DNA of 64,000 nucleotides from Gammaproteobacteria bacterium (GTDB lineage: Bacteria > Pseudomonadota > Gammaproteobacteria > Burkholderiales > JAHFRG01): positions 17,097-81,096 of the forward strand of contig JBGQCF010000002.1 in NCBI GenBank assembly GCA_041495205.1, read 5' to 3'. Below are positions 50,768 to 59,630 of this stretch, piece after piece. A model generated the notes under the pieces. It ran no database searches, was not told the DNA's origin, and saw only the letters and a list, made by a program, of their open reading frames with translations. The number at the start of each line of letters is the position of its first letter. Positions within the stretch are counted from its first letter, which is position 1. Position numbers and translations under genes: made by a program.

Positions 50768-51960
50768 TGGACCTCGCCGTCAAGGACGTCCGGCGCCACC
50801 TCGGCAAGTTTGGCGCTACCATCGTGGGTGTTGGCCTTCTGATTGCCATCGTCCTCTTCATGAACGGCATCTACCAGGGCAACATCGGCGATGGGTTATG
50901 GCTGATCAACAACGTGGACACCGATCTGTGGGTCGTTGAGCGCAATCGCGGAGGGCCGTTCAACGAGCAGTCGCGCATGCCGGAGGATGCGTACAAAAGT
51001 GTGGCGGCGACGCCGGGAATCGCCCAGGCCAGCCCGTTCATCATCTACACGGTGCAGCGGGACGTAGGCGGCCGAAGCCAGCAGTTCACCATCATTGGCT
51101 ACGACGTGTTCGGCGGCATCGGCGGACCTGGCCGGATCGTTGCTGGACAAACCATCCGTCAGGCCCATTACGAGATATTGGTGGACGAGAAACTTGGTCT
51201 GCAGCTGGGGCAAATCGTCCGGCTGGGCGTCCACGATTACACCGTGGTGGGTCTCGCCAAGGGTGCCGTCGACTCGGGTGGCAACCCCCTCGTCTACCTG
51301 TCGCTGCACGATGCTCAGGAGGTGCTCTACCAGCAGGACAACCGGGCTCTGCTCGCCCAGCGCGCGGCGAGCCTGAAGGCGCTGGAGCGAGCGGGTAATC
51401 TTCCGGAGCAGGCGGAGAAGCTGCTGTCGCTCGTCTCCCCGCCTACCGACACCGTGAGCGCGGTTTTAGTGCGCTTGTCCCCGGGGACGGATCCGCAGCA
51501 GGTGACGCGGCGCATCCAGGATTGGCTCTATTACAATGTCTATACCACCCCCCAGGAGCGCGACCTCATGCTTCAAGGTCGCCTCCAGAAGATGACCGTC
51601 ATCCTGGCGCTGTTCCGCTCCCTCCTTGTCATCGTGTCCATCGTCATCATCGCGCTGCTGGTCTACGTGCTCACGATCGAGAAGATTAAAGCCATCGCGA
51701 CCCTCAAGCTGATAGGCGCGTCCAACTGGATCATCGTGCGCCTGATCCTCGAACAATCCCTGGTGCTGACGGTGGCCAGCTTCGGCTTCGCCTACGCGGT
51801 GGTGAACCTCACCTATGAACACTTTCCCCGCACCCTGGTGTTCCTTCCCTCGGAGACGCTACTCACGTTCGGTGTGCTGTTCGTGGGCGGGGCGCTGGCC
51901 AGCTTGCTCGCCATCTGGCAGGCGTTGCGCACTCCGCCTTCGTTGGCCCTAGGGGGCTGA
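50767..51960 (+). CDS. ABC transporter permease, FtsX/MacB type
   Basis: 397 aa; TM1, large periplasmic domain, then 3 C-terminal TM; ATGA start/stop overlap with the adaptor gene. Confidence 0.85.
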   Translation: MDLAVKDVRRHLGKFGATIVGVGLLIAIVLFMNGIYQGNIGDGLWLINNVDTDLWVVERNRGGPFNEQSRMPEDAYKSVAATPGIAQASPFIIYTVQRDVGGRSQQFTIIGYDVFGGIGGPGRIVAGQTIRQAHYEILVDEKLGLQLGQIVRLGVHDYTVVGLAKGAVDSGGNPLVYLSLHDAQEVLYQQDNRALLAQRAASLKALERAGNLPEQAEKLLSLVSPPTDTVSAVLVRLSPGTDPQQVTRRIQDWLYYNVYTTPQERDLMLQGRLQKMTVILALFRSLLVIVSIVIIALLVYVLTIEKIKAIATLKLIGASNWIIVRLILEQSLVLTVASFGFAYAVVNLTYEHFPRTLVFLPSETLLTFGVLFVGGALASLLAIWQALRTPPSLALGG

Positions 51961-51961
51961 A

Positions 51962-52702
51962 ATGGCGGCAGTACTTCGGGTCGAAGGACTAAAGAAAGTC
52001 TACGGCAGCGGCGAGACCGCGGTAACCGCTTTGCGCGACATCGCGTTCTCGGTGAACGGCGGGGAGCTCATGGCCTTGTTGGGTCCGAGCGGTTCCGGCA
52101 AGAGTACGTTGCTGCTTTGCATCAGCCTGATTCTCGAACCCACCGCCGGACTCATCGTGATGAACGGACGGGAGATTTATCATGACGCCTGGACCGGGAT
52201 TGACGTGCGGCGCTTCCGCCGCGAAAACATCGGATTCGTCTTTCAGACCCAGAACCTGATCCCGTTTCTGACCGCCGTGGACAACATCGCGCTGGCGATG
52301 ACGCTCAACGGAATGAAGGACCGCGTCGCAAGGAAGCGCTCCCGTGATCTGCTCGAATACCTGGGTGTCGGCCACCGCGCAGATGTCCTTCCTGCGTACC
52401 TTTCGGGAGGCGAGCAGCAGCGGGTCGCCATCGGCCGCGCCCTCGCCAACCAGCCCCCGCTCATTCTGGCAGACGAGCCGACCGCCTCCCTCGATACCGA
52501 AAAAGGGATGAAGGTCATGGGGCTGCTCAAGCGCATTGCCAAGGAGCGGAACTCGGCGGTCATCGTCGTTACTCACGACGAGCGGATGATTGCGGGTTTC
52601 GATAACGTTTACCGCCTCTGGGACGGGCGCTTAGTCATCGACTCGCCCAACATCGGGAAAGCCGCGGCGCCTGCGGTCTCGGATGCATCCTCCGCTTCGT
52701 GA
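51962..52702 (+). CDS. ABC transporter ATP-binding protein (MacB/LolD-like)
   Basis: 246 aa; GPSGSGKST, LSGGEQQRVAIGRAL, ILADEPT. Confidence 0.9.
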   Translation: MAAVLRVEGLKKVYGSGETAVTALRDIAFSVNGGELMALLGPSGSGKSTLLLCISLILEPTAGLIVMNGREIYHDAWTGIDVRRFRRENIGFVFQTQNLIPFLTAVDNIALAMTLNGMKDRVARKRSRDLLEYLGVGHRADVLPAYLSGGEQQRVAIGRALANQPPLILADEPTASLDTEKGMKVMGLLKRIAKERNSAVIVVTHDERMIAGFDNVYRLWDGRLVIDSPNIGKAAAPAVSDASSAS

Positions 52703-53113
52703 AGCGCGACGAGATTTGGTTGACTGGATTGCAAGTGATTACAAAGCTCGGTGCCTGCATTCCGGAATCGGGTATCAATCATCTGCCGAGTCCCAGCATG
52801 CGCGCAGGGCGGCGTACGGTCGCTTACATAGAACGAGGCAACTCCAAACAGAGTGAATGCCGAAAAGTGCCTGCCTCGAGTGCTGCGGGATATACCGATG
52901 CCGCGTTCAGAGGTCGAGCGACATGACACGAACAAACGGAGCGGAAAGCTTCCACCGGCCATCGTGATGACGAACCTGGAAAGTGCAGTGGTTTATGATC
53001 ATAGCCGCAGTGTTGCCCCTTCTCATCATTGTCGTCATTGAGAAGGCGGGTAAACCGGCGCCAATGCTTTCAGTAGATTGGTCCGTAGTAAATTACATGC
53101 GAAGAAGATTTGA

Positions 53114-53571
53114 AAGCGGCGCAGTCTTCACGAGTTGGGTAACAATGCGTTTTTATTAAGTCAGTATTATGAGGCTGAACGCTGCCAAAGCGCATTTATC
53201 GAGCAAGCTCGCTTGAAAAATCATGCGGGTGATTTGCGGGGGCGCGTACCGCGCCTCGATCGAAATTTCGCAGTTCCGGCGCGCCGCATACCCCTGCGTT
53301 CAAGACGGTGGCGGAAGTCAGCCCGCACGCGCAGCTTGCAATGCAGGCGGCGCTTCAAACTTTCGTTGACAACGCGATTTCAAAAACTATCACCGTGCCT
53401 GCCGATTTCGAGTACAAGCAATTCTGCTCTCTTTACCAGGACGCTTACCACCTGGGTCTGAAAGGATGCACCACATTCCGGCCCAACCCGGTGACGGGCG
53501 CGGTGCTTTTGCAGCCCGCTGAGACCGTGATGGAAACTACCTGCTGTGCCAGGCCCGAGCGCGGGTCTTGA
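53114..53571 (+). pseudogene. decayed class II RNR (nrdJ-like) remnant
   Basis: Three frames carry pieces collinear with the intact NrdJ: KRR..LGNNAFLLSQYYEAE, GAYRASIEIS, and FKTVAEVSPHAQLAMQAALQTFVDNAISKTITVP...LGLKGCTTFRPNPV. It has frameshifts, a ~100-aa internal deletion and is truncated at both ends. Confidence 0.75.
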
Positions 53572-53621
53572 TCGCTTTCAAGTGCGCCGAGGCGGCGGAC
53601 TCCCCCGGCGCATGAAAGATA

Positions 53622-54050
53622 TCAGGTGATCGCCAGCTGTTTAGCCTTGCTCGCAGCCTTTTTGGGCAGGGTGAGTTCCAGCACGCCGTTGTCGTAGTGA
53701 GCCTGGGCGGCTTTTTCGTCGACATCCTGGGCGAGTGTGAAGCTGCGGTAAACATTGCCGTAATAGCATTCGCTGTGAAGCAGTTTTTCGCCGTTTCTCT
53801 TTTCCTTTTCCTGTTTCACTTCGGCGCTGATTGAAACCTGGTTGTCGTCGATGTTGACGGCGATGTTTTCCTTCTTCACGCCCGGAATTTCGGCGCGGAC
53901 TGTATATGCCTTCTCATTCTCGGTAACATCCATCTTGATCTGCAGTGGCGGCTGCCCCTCGAGGCGGATCGGGCGCAGGAAGAATCCCTTGAACATATCA
54001 TCAAGTGCGTTCTCGGCGAACGGATCGAAACGAGTAATATTGCTGGCCAT
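53622..54050 (-). CDS. Hsp20/alpha-crystallin small heat-shock protein
   Basis: 142 aa; alpha-crystallin domain (AYTVRAEIPGVKKENIAV..., GVLELTLPK); AAGGAG RBS. Confidence 0.9.
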   Translation of the reverse strand: MASNITRFDPFAENALDDMFKGFFLRPIRLEGQPPLQIKMDVTENEKAYTVRAEIPGVKKENIAVNIDDNQVSISAEVKQEKEKRNGEKLLHSECYYGNVYRSFTLAQDVDEKAAQAHYDNGVLELTLPKKAASKAKQLAIT

Positions 54051-54174
54051 GGCTTGCTCCTTATCAAAAAGATTAAACGAATTTAACGGGAAACCCTATC
54101 CGGCCTGACAGCAGGCTCAGAATGAGCACCTGTTTCACCAAAGGCCACTATAATCGCGATATGGCGCAACGTTT

Positions 54175-54188
54175 TTGACCTGGATCAA
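54175..54188. promoter_or_regulatory. FNR/Anr box TTGACCTGGATCAA (bidirectional position)
   Basis: Centred 41.5 nt from a predicted TSS on both strands. TATAGT (minus, 54147-54152) would serve hsp20; TAATCT (plus, 54211-54216) would serve the GGDEF gene. Confidence 0.7.
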
Positions 54189-54222
54189 ACAAATGCCCAT
54201 GACGGCTCGTTAATCTCTTTTC

Positions 54223-55146
54223 ATGACTGATGCGAAACGTGCTCGGAAAGTTGGCGTGGGCGGCAGGAAACGGGGCCTGCTGGCTGAGGCGCTTGCCAAA
54301 ATAGCCAACGCGATTTTCATCACAGATCCCCAAGGACGCATCGTCTGGTCGAACAACGCTTTCTGGGAATTGAGCGGTTATTCCAAACAGGAGATCCTGG
54401 GCCGCACCCCAAGCTTTCTGAAGTCAGGGCGGCAGGGCGCCCGCTTTTACAGTGAAATGTGGAACACCATCCGCTCGCGTAGGGTTTGGCGTGGCAAACT
54501 GGTCGAGCGCAGAAAGGATGGCACGCTTTTCGTCGTAGAAGAAACCATCACGCCGCTGATGGATTCCTTGGGTAACATCACTCACTTCATCGCGATTCAG
54601 CACGATTTGACATTGCATGAAAGAGAAGGCGAGCGGACGCGTTTTCTCGCCTACCACGACAGCTTGACCGGCCTCGCCAATCGTGCGTTGCTGCTCAAGT
54701 TCCTCGAGGGGGCCTTCGCCAAGGCGAAGCGCCGAGGGCACATGGTAGGGGTGCTGTTTCTCGACTTGGACCGATTCAAGGGCGTCAACGACAGGCGGGG
54801 TCATCGTGTCGGCGACCTGTTGCTGAGGACGGTGGCGGAACGGCTTAATGCTGCGGTGCGCCAGACGGATGTGGTGGCGCGCGTCGGCGGAGACGAGTTT
54901 GTCATTGTTCAGACCGACCTGGAGAATCCGGGCGCAGCGCGAGCTCTGGCCCGGAAGCTGGTGGCCCGCATCCGCCAACCCTATAATTTTTACGGAGTGA
55001 AAGTGAATATCAAGACCAGCGTGGGGATCGCTTTATTTCCACAACATGGAAACGACCCTGAACCGCTGCTCACTCTAGCGGACCGTGCGATGTACAAGGC
55101 CAAAAAGGCCGGCGGCAATGGCTACCGGTTTTTTGATCAGCCGTGA
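54223..55146 (+). CDS. PAS-GGDEF diguanylate cyclase
   Basis: 307 aa; PAS domain, GGDEF active site and RQTD I-site five residues upstream. Confidence 0.88.
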   Translation: MTDAKRARKVGVGGRKRGLLAEALAKIANAIFITDPQGRIVWSNNAFWELSGYSKQEILGRTPSFLKSGRQGARFYSEMWNTIRSRRVWRGKLVERRKDGTLFVVEETITPLMDSLGNITHFIAIQHDLTLHEREGERTRFLAYHDSLTGLANRALLLKFLEGAFAKAKRRGHMVGVLFLDLDRFKGVNDRRGHRVGDLLLRTVAERLNAAVRQTDVVARVGGDEFVIVQTDLENPGAARALARKLVARIRQPYNFYGVKVNIKTSVGIALFPQHGNDPEPLLTLADRAMYKAKKAGGNGYRFFDQP

Positions 55147-55233
55147 GTCCTTTTACGTCAGCACTTCCTGCAGCGCGCAACTTGCGTCACGTACGCGGCT
55201 GGCGCGATCTGTTGAGATTTCGATGGCAGGCAA

Positions 55234-55947
55234 TTAAAGGCGCTCTACCGGGGGCGTGAACAGATAACCTGCGGCCCGTACCGTCGTTATTAGAGTGGGG
55301 TGTTGCGCATCGGACTCGATTTTTTGCCGCAGGCGCCCTACCTGTACATCGATGGTGCGGTCATAGGGTCCGGCCGCGCGGCCGCGGGTAAGATCAAGCA
55401 GTTCATCCCGGCTTAATACCCGATTCGGGTGAGTCACGAAGACCACCAGCAAATCGAACTCTCCCTTGGTAAGAGGGATATCGACATTATCGGGAGAAAG
55501 TAGTCGGCGGGTTGAAAAATCCAGCTGCCATCCCGCGAAGCGCACGATGGTGTCCGCGTTGGCGTGTTTGTGGCTTGCACCGGCGCGCCGCAGAACGCTG
55601 CGCACCCTTGCCAGGAGTTCGCGCAGGTCGAACGGTTTGGCGAGGTAATCATCGGCCCCCATTTCCAGGCCCACCACCCGGTCAACGGTTTCCCCTTTGC
55701 CGGTCAATATGATGATCCCAACATCGGAGTGCTCCCGCAGATAGCGGGTCAGCGAAAATCCGTCCTGTCCGGGAAGCACGAGATCGAGAATGACCAGATC
55801 CACCGGCGCCGATGCCATGACCCGGCGCATCGCCTCACCGTCTTCCGCAGTGCTGACCCGGAAACCTTCCACCGAAAGGTAGTTCTGCACCAGTTCGCAG
55901 ATCGCCGGTTCGTCGTCCACCACCAAGATATGTTTTTCTGTCGTCAT
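55234..55947 (-). CDS. OmpR/PhoB-family response regulator
   Basis: Start at MTTEKHILVVDDEP; receiver plus winged-helix output (RVLSRDELLD..., VRAAGYLF). Confidence 0.88.
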   Translation of the reverse strand: MTTEKHILVVDDEPAICELVQNYLSVEGFRVSTAEDGEAMRRVMASAPVDLVILDLVLPGQDGFSLTRYLREHSDVGIIILTGKGETVDRVVGLEMGADDYLAKPFDLRELLARVRSVLRRAGASHKHANADTIVRFAGWQLDFSTRRLLSPDNVDIPLTKGEFDLLVVFVTHPNRVLSRDELLDLTRGRAAGPYDRTIDVQVGRLRQKIESDAQHPTLITTVRAAGYLFTPPVERL

Positions 55948-55992
55948 GGCTGGATTTGAGCGGCCGTGCATGGTTTGAGCTGAGCCGGAGCG

Positions 55993-56010
55993 CTGTTACA
56001 GACTGTTACA
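55993..56010. promoter_or_regulatory. direct repeat CTGTTACA-N2-CTGTTACA (10-bp phasing)
   Basis: Two exact 8-mers at 55993 and 56003, with a TGTTAT third unit at 56025. They lie 46 bp upstream of the OmpR-family response regulator gene in the divergent region with fnr. Confidence 0.45.
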
Positions 56011-56207
56011 AAATAGGTAATTTTTGTTATCTCCGGTTTACAAAGTCGCCTTAATCTGGCCGTGTGATATCTAGCACGTGTAAAAGCTATCCTGACAAGA
56101 ATCATAGCCCAGATGCGGGGGGAGGGAAACCTGCCGGGTGCAGCGAATGGGTTAATCGAAAGATCATCAATAGAGAAATGGCTTTGTTTTAATTTAAGGA
56201 GGATTCC

Positions 56208-57005
56208 ATGGCTACGCCGATTATTCTACACAACGTTACATCTGTCCCTTGCAGAGTCCAGTCAGGATGCGCGACGTGCAGCTTGCGTGAATTATGCGTT
56301 CCCGCCGGCCTCGGGCAGGCGGAACTTCTCCGCCTTGATGGCCTGATTCAGCACAGGCGGCCGATTAAGCGCGGCGGCTATGTGTTTAGGGCCGGAGCGC
56401 TCTTGCGCTCGCTTTTCGCCATTCGCGCGGGTTCTTTCAAGACAACGGTCCTGCATGATGACGGGCGGGAGCAGGTTACGGGTTTTTATATGGCCGGAGA
56501 GATCATGGGTCTGGATGGAATAAGCTCGGATGCCCACACCGCGAATGCGGTAGCGCTGGAAGACGGCGAGCTGTGCGAGCTGCCGTTTGACGAACTGGAA
56601 CGGCTGGTGCGCCACATTCCTTCTTTGCAGCACCATTTCCACAGAATCATGAGCCGTGAGATCGTGCGCGATCACGGGGTGATGCTCCTGCTCGGCGCGA
56701 TGAGCGCAGAAGAGCGCGTCGCAACATTCCTGCTGCAGCTTTCGAAACGCTATCTGGCGCGGGGTTACTCACACAGCCGCTTCTGCCTGCGCATGAGCCG
56801 GGGAGAAATCGGCAGCTATCTTGGCCTCACGATCGAAACCGTGAGCCGCGTTTTTTCGAGGCTCCAGGAAGAAGGTTTTGTCAGCGTGCAAAAACGGGAT
56901 ATTTGCCTCAAAAATATACCCGGATTGAGGAAATTAATCGGCCATAACGACGTGGGCAGGCGTGAAATTGCGGCGCGCCCGGCACTACTGCATGCAGTGG
57001 CTTGA
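56208..57005 (+). CDS. fnr: FNR/Anr-type oxygen-sensing transcription regulator
   Basis: 265 aa; N-terminal C-x5-C-x2-C-x5-C cluster (CRVQSGCATCSLRELC) plus a central Cys (GELCEL), and a C-terminal HTH with E--SR (ETVSRVFSRL). Confidence 0.85.
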   Translation: MATPIILHNVTSVPCRVQSGCATCSLRELCVPAGLGQAELLRLDGLIQHRRPIKRGGYVFRAGALLRSLFAIRAGSFKTTVLHDDGREQVTGFYMAGEIMGLDGISSDAHTANAVALEDGELCELPFDELERLVRHIPSLQHHFHRIMSREIVRDHGVMLLLGAMSAEERVATFLLQLSKRYLARGYSHSRFCLRMSRGEIGSYLGLTIETVSRVFSRLQEEGFVSVQKRDICLKNIPGLRKLIGHNDVGRREIAARPALLHAVA

Positions 57006-57021
57006 TGGTCTAAGGTTACAA

Positions 57022-57402
57022 ATGGATACGGCTCCCGGCGCCGGCTGTCGCACCGTTTTCGTGGTGGACGATGACGAGGCTGTGCGCGACATGCTGAGAA
57101 CGCTGATCGAGGCGGACGGCTTCAAAGTGCGGACTTGGCGCAGCGCTGAAGCATTTCTTGCCGATCATGAATTACCCCAATCCGGTTGTCTGGTGCTGGA
57201 CCTTGAACTCCCTGGGATGAACGGCCTGGAACTTGCGGAAACGCTTCAGGCGCGCCATGTGCAGCTGCCCATTATCCTTGTGAGCAGCCGGGGGGATTTA
57301 CTAACCTCGACACGGGCCAAAGGCATCAATGCGCTGGGTTATTTAAGCAAGCCTTTTGATACTCAGTTATTGATTGATTGTATCCGTCACGCTATGGCAT
57401 AG
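57022..57402 (+). CDS. stand-alone response-regulator receiver domain
   Basis: 126 aa; VFVVDDDEAV...LVLDLELPGMNG...SKP; no output domain. Confidence 0.8.
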   Translation: MDTAPGAGCRTVFVVDDDEAVRDMLRTLIEADGFKVRTWRSAEAFLADHELPQSGCLVLDLELPGMNGLELAETLQARHVQLPIILVSSRGDLLTSTRAKGINALGYLSKPFDTQLLIDCIRHAMA

Positions 57403-57431
57403 GCCCAGGTTTCGTCTTAATTCCGATGTAA

Positions 57432-59102
57432 TTATTGTTCCAGCACGCGGCGGATTCGTTGGGCCAGGGCTTCCTTGGTGTAGGGTTTGGTGATGAGTTG
57501 AATGCCGTCAGCAAGCTCTCCGTCATGCACCAAGGTGTTTTCCGTGTAGCCGGAGGTGAACAGGACCTTCATCGCGGGGCGGCGGCGCAAGGCTTCGCGC
57601 GAGAGCTCCAATCCGTTCATTCCACCCGGCATGACAAGATCGGTAAACAATAAATCGATAGGACGCCTTTCCTCCACGATGGCAAGAGCTTGTTCTCCGT
57701 TTGTCGCTTCGAGCACGGCGTAACCAAGGTCGTGCAGGAATGCGGCAGCGAGTTCGCGTACGCCTTCGTCGTCCTCAGCCAGCAGCACGGTCTCGCCGCG
57801 GGCTCGCGGCGCGTGGCTGGAGAAGTATTCTTCCTCGCGCGCATTCTCATTTCCTTTTGCCTGCGGCAGATAAAGTTGTACCGTGGTTCCACGCGTAAGT
57901 TCGCTGTAGAGCCTGACGTGCCCGCCCGATTGCTTGACAAAACCATACACCGCCGCTAAGCCAAGGCCGCTGCCTTTTCCGGCGCCTTTGGTGGTAAAGA
58001 ATGGCTCAAATGCCCGCTTCATTACTTCCGGTGACATTCCGCTGCCGCTGTCTCTTACCGATACCATGACGTAGCGCCCGGGAACCACGTCGGTCTCAGC
58101 AGTGTCCAGGCAGGGGTCAAAAAAAGCGTAGGCTGCTTCGATCATCAGTCGGCCGCCGCCCGGCATGGCATCGCGTGCATTGAGTGCGAGGTTGAGCAAG
58201 GCATTTTCCAATTGGCCCGGGTCGGCCAATGCTTTTGCCAATTCCGATTCAATGGTTGTTTCGACGAGGATGGATTCCCCCAAAGTCCGCCGCAGCATGT
58301 CGCTCATGTTGCGCACCAACTTGCCGATGTCTATCTCCTGGGGCTGTAACGGTTGCCGGCGTGAAAAGGCAAGCAGCTTCTGTGTCAATTCTGCGCCGCG
58401 TGCCGCCGCTTTTGCCGCCGCGGAGGCAAGCTTGAGCAACAAGGGGATGTGAGCGACACGTTCCTGAAGCATCTGCAGGTTGCCGCTGATCACCGTAAGC
58501 AGGTTGTTGAAATCGTGAGCCACACCGCCGGTTAACTGTCCAACCGCCTCCATTTTCTGGGCCTGCAGCAAAGACTCTTCCACGCGGGCACGCTCGGCTA
58601 TTTCATTTTGCAGTGCGCGGTTGGCCTCGGCCAGTTCGCGGGTGCGCTGTTCCACCCGCGTCTCCAGTTGTTCGCGGGCCTTGTGTAGCTCGTTTTCCAC
58701 TTGTTTGCGCTTGGTGATATCCCGGATGATTGTTATGACTAGAGTTCCATCCGATGTTTGCAAAGGGCTCAGCATGATGTCTACGGGGAATTCGCCTCCG
58801 TCCTGATGCCGCCCATAAAGTTCCAGGTCCGCGCCCATGGAGCGGCTACGCGGTTGAGCGGCATACCCAATGCGATGGTTTACGTGCTTACCCCGATAAC
58901 GTTCCGGCAACAGGATTTCCACCGGTTCCCCGATAAGGTCTTCGCGCCTGTAGCCAAACATGGCTTGTACTTGGGCATTGGTCCGGACGATCCGTCCGTC
59001 TGCGCCAACCACGACAATGGCATCGGGAGCCGACTCGAAAAGCCCAAGCAATACCTCGTTATTTTCGTGTGCGGTGATGCCGCGCGGAAGTTTGCTGCTC
59101 AT
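57432..59102 (-). CDS. cytoplasmic PAS hybrid sensor histidine kinase/response regulator
   Basis: 556 aa; PAS, coiled coil, HisKA (GGVAHDFNNLL), HATPase and a C-terminal receiver; no TM segments. Confidence 0.88.
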   Translation of the reverse strand: MSSKLPRGITAHENNEVLLGLFESAPDAIVVVGADGRIVRTNAQVQAMFGYRREDLIGEPVEILLPERYRGKHVNHRIGYAAQPRSRSMGADLELYGRHQDGGEFPVDIMLSPLQTSDGTLVITIIRDITKRKQVENELHKAREQLETRVEQRTRELAEANRALQNEIAERARVEESLLQAQKMEAVGQLTGGVAHDFNNLLTVISGNLQMLQERVAHIPLLLKLASAAAKAAARGAELTQKLLAFSRRQPLQPQEIDIGKLVRNMSDMLRRTLGESILVETTIESELAKALADPGQLENALLNLALNARDAMPGGGRLMIEAAYAFFDPCLDTAETDVVPGRYVMVSVRDSGSGMSPEVMKRAFEPFFTTKGAGKGSGLGLAAVYGFVKQSGGHVRLYSELTRGTTVQLYLPQAKGNENAREEEYFSSHAPRARGETVLLAEDDEGVRELAAAFLHDLGYAVLEATNGEQALAIVEERRPIDLLFTDLVMPGGMNGLELSREALRRRPAMKVLFTSGYTENTLVHDGELADGIQLITKPYTKEALAQRIRRVLEQ

Positions 59103-59114
59103 ACGTTGGTGGTT

Positions 59115-59438
59115 TTATCTTTTCTTGTTTAGCAAGTCTTCCGCCCAGGAAAGCGCTGCAATCACATTGGGGAAACCGATAGTACTGGTAGCCAGGATGA
59201 TTGCTTGATGGATTTCCTGCGGCTTGACACCGATTTCCAAGGCGCGCCGGACATGGCTGTGAACCGCGCCCTCGGAACGTATGGCGGCTGCAGCCGCGAT
59301 CTGGATCAGATGTGCGGTTTTGTCATTGATCGGGCCTTCCTTTCGTACCGCGATGCCCAGTTTTTCCACCGCCTGAAATAGCCGGGAATGCTGGTTCTTG
59401 AGTCTAAGGTAAACATTGGGTTCCCTTTTCTTGGCCAT
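59115..59438 (-). CDS. carboxymuconolactone decarboxylase (AhpD-like) family protein
   Basis: 107 aa from MAKKREPN; strong AAGGAGG RBS; CMD-family helical pattern. Confidence 0.7.
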   Translation of the reverse strand: MAKKREPNVYLRLKNQHSRLFQAVEKLGIAVRKEGPINDKTAHLIQIAAAAAIRSEGAVHSHVRRALEIGVKPQEIHQAIILATSTIGFPNVIAALSWAEDLLNKKR

Positions 59439-59555
59439 GAAGGCCTCCTTCGATAGTCTGGTTACGAATTCATTGTATAGCACGATGCTTTCCGGTGCGA
59501 GGGAGGGCAGCTTTTCCGATGATTGAAGTCAACGCTTGCGAAATTGATGCCGCAT

Positions 59556-59569
59556 TTGATTTGGATCAA
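59556..59569. promoter_or_regulatory. FNR/Anr box TTGATTTGGATCAA
   Basis: Perfect consensus. TACGGT at 59592-59597 fits a -10 for a class II promoter reading into narK. Confidence 0.7.
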
Positions 59570-59630
59570 TACCAGTGTTTCACGGCGTAGCTACGGTGCT
59601 CGATGTGTCATTAATCGTGGGGGGACGAGT

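Noticed and set aside
52995-53156. A 53-codon ORF whose ...IEKAGKP segment resembled the C-terminus (...FEHAGKP) of the small membrane ORF at 41993.
   Set aside because: The match is about 6 residues. The 3' two-thirds of this ORF overlaps sequence better explained as nrdJ-like debris.
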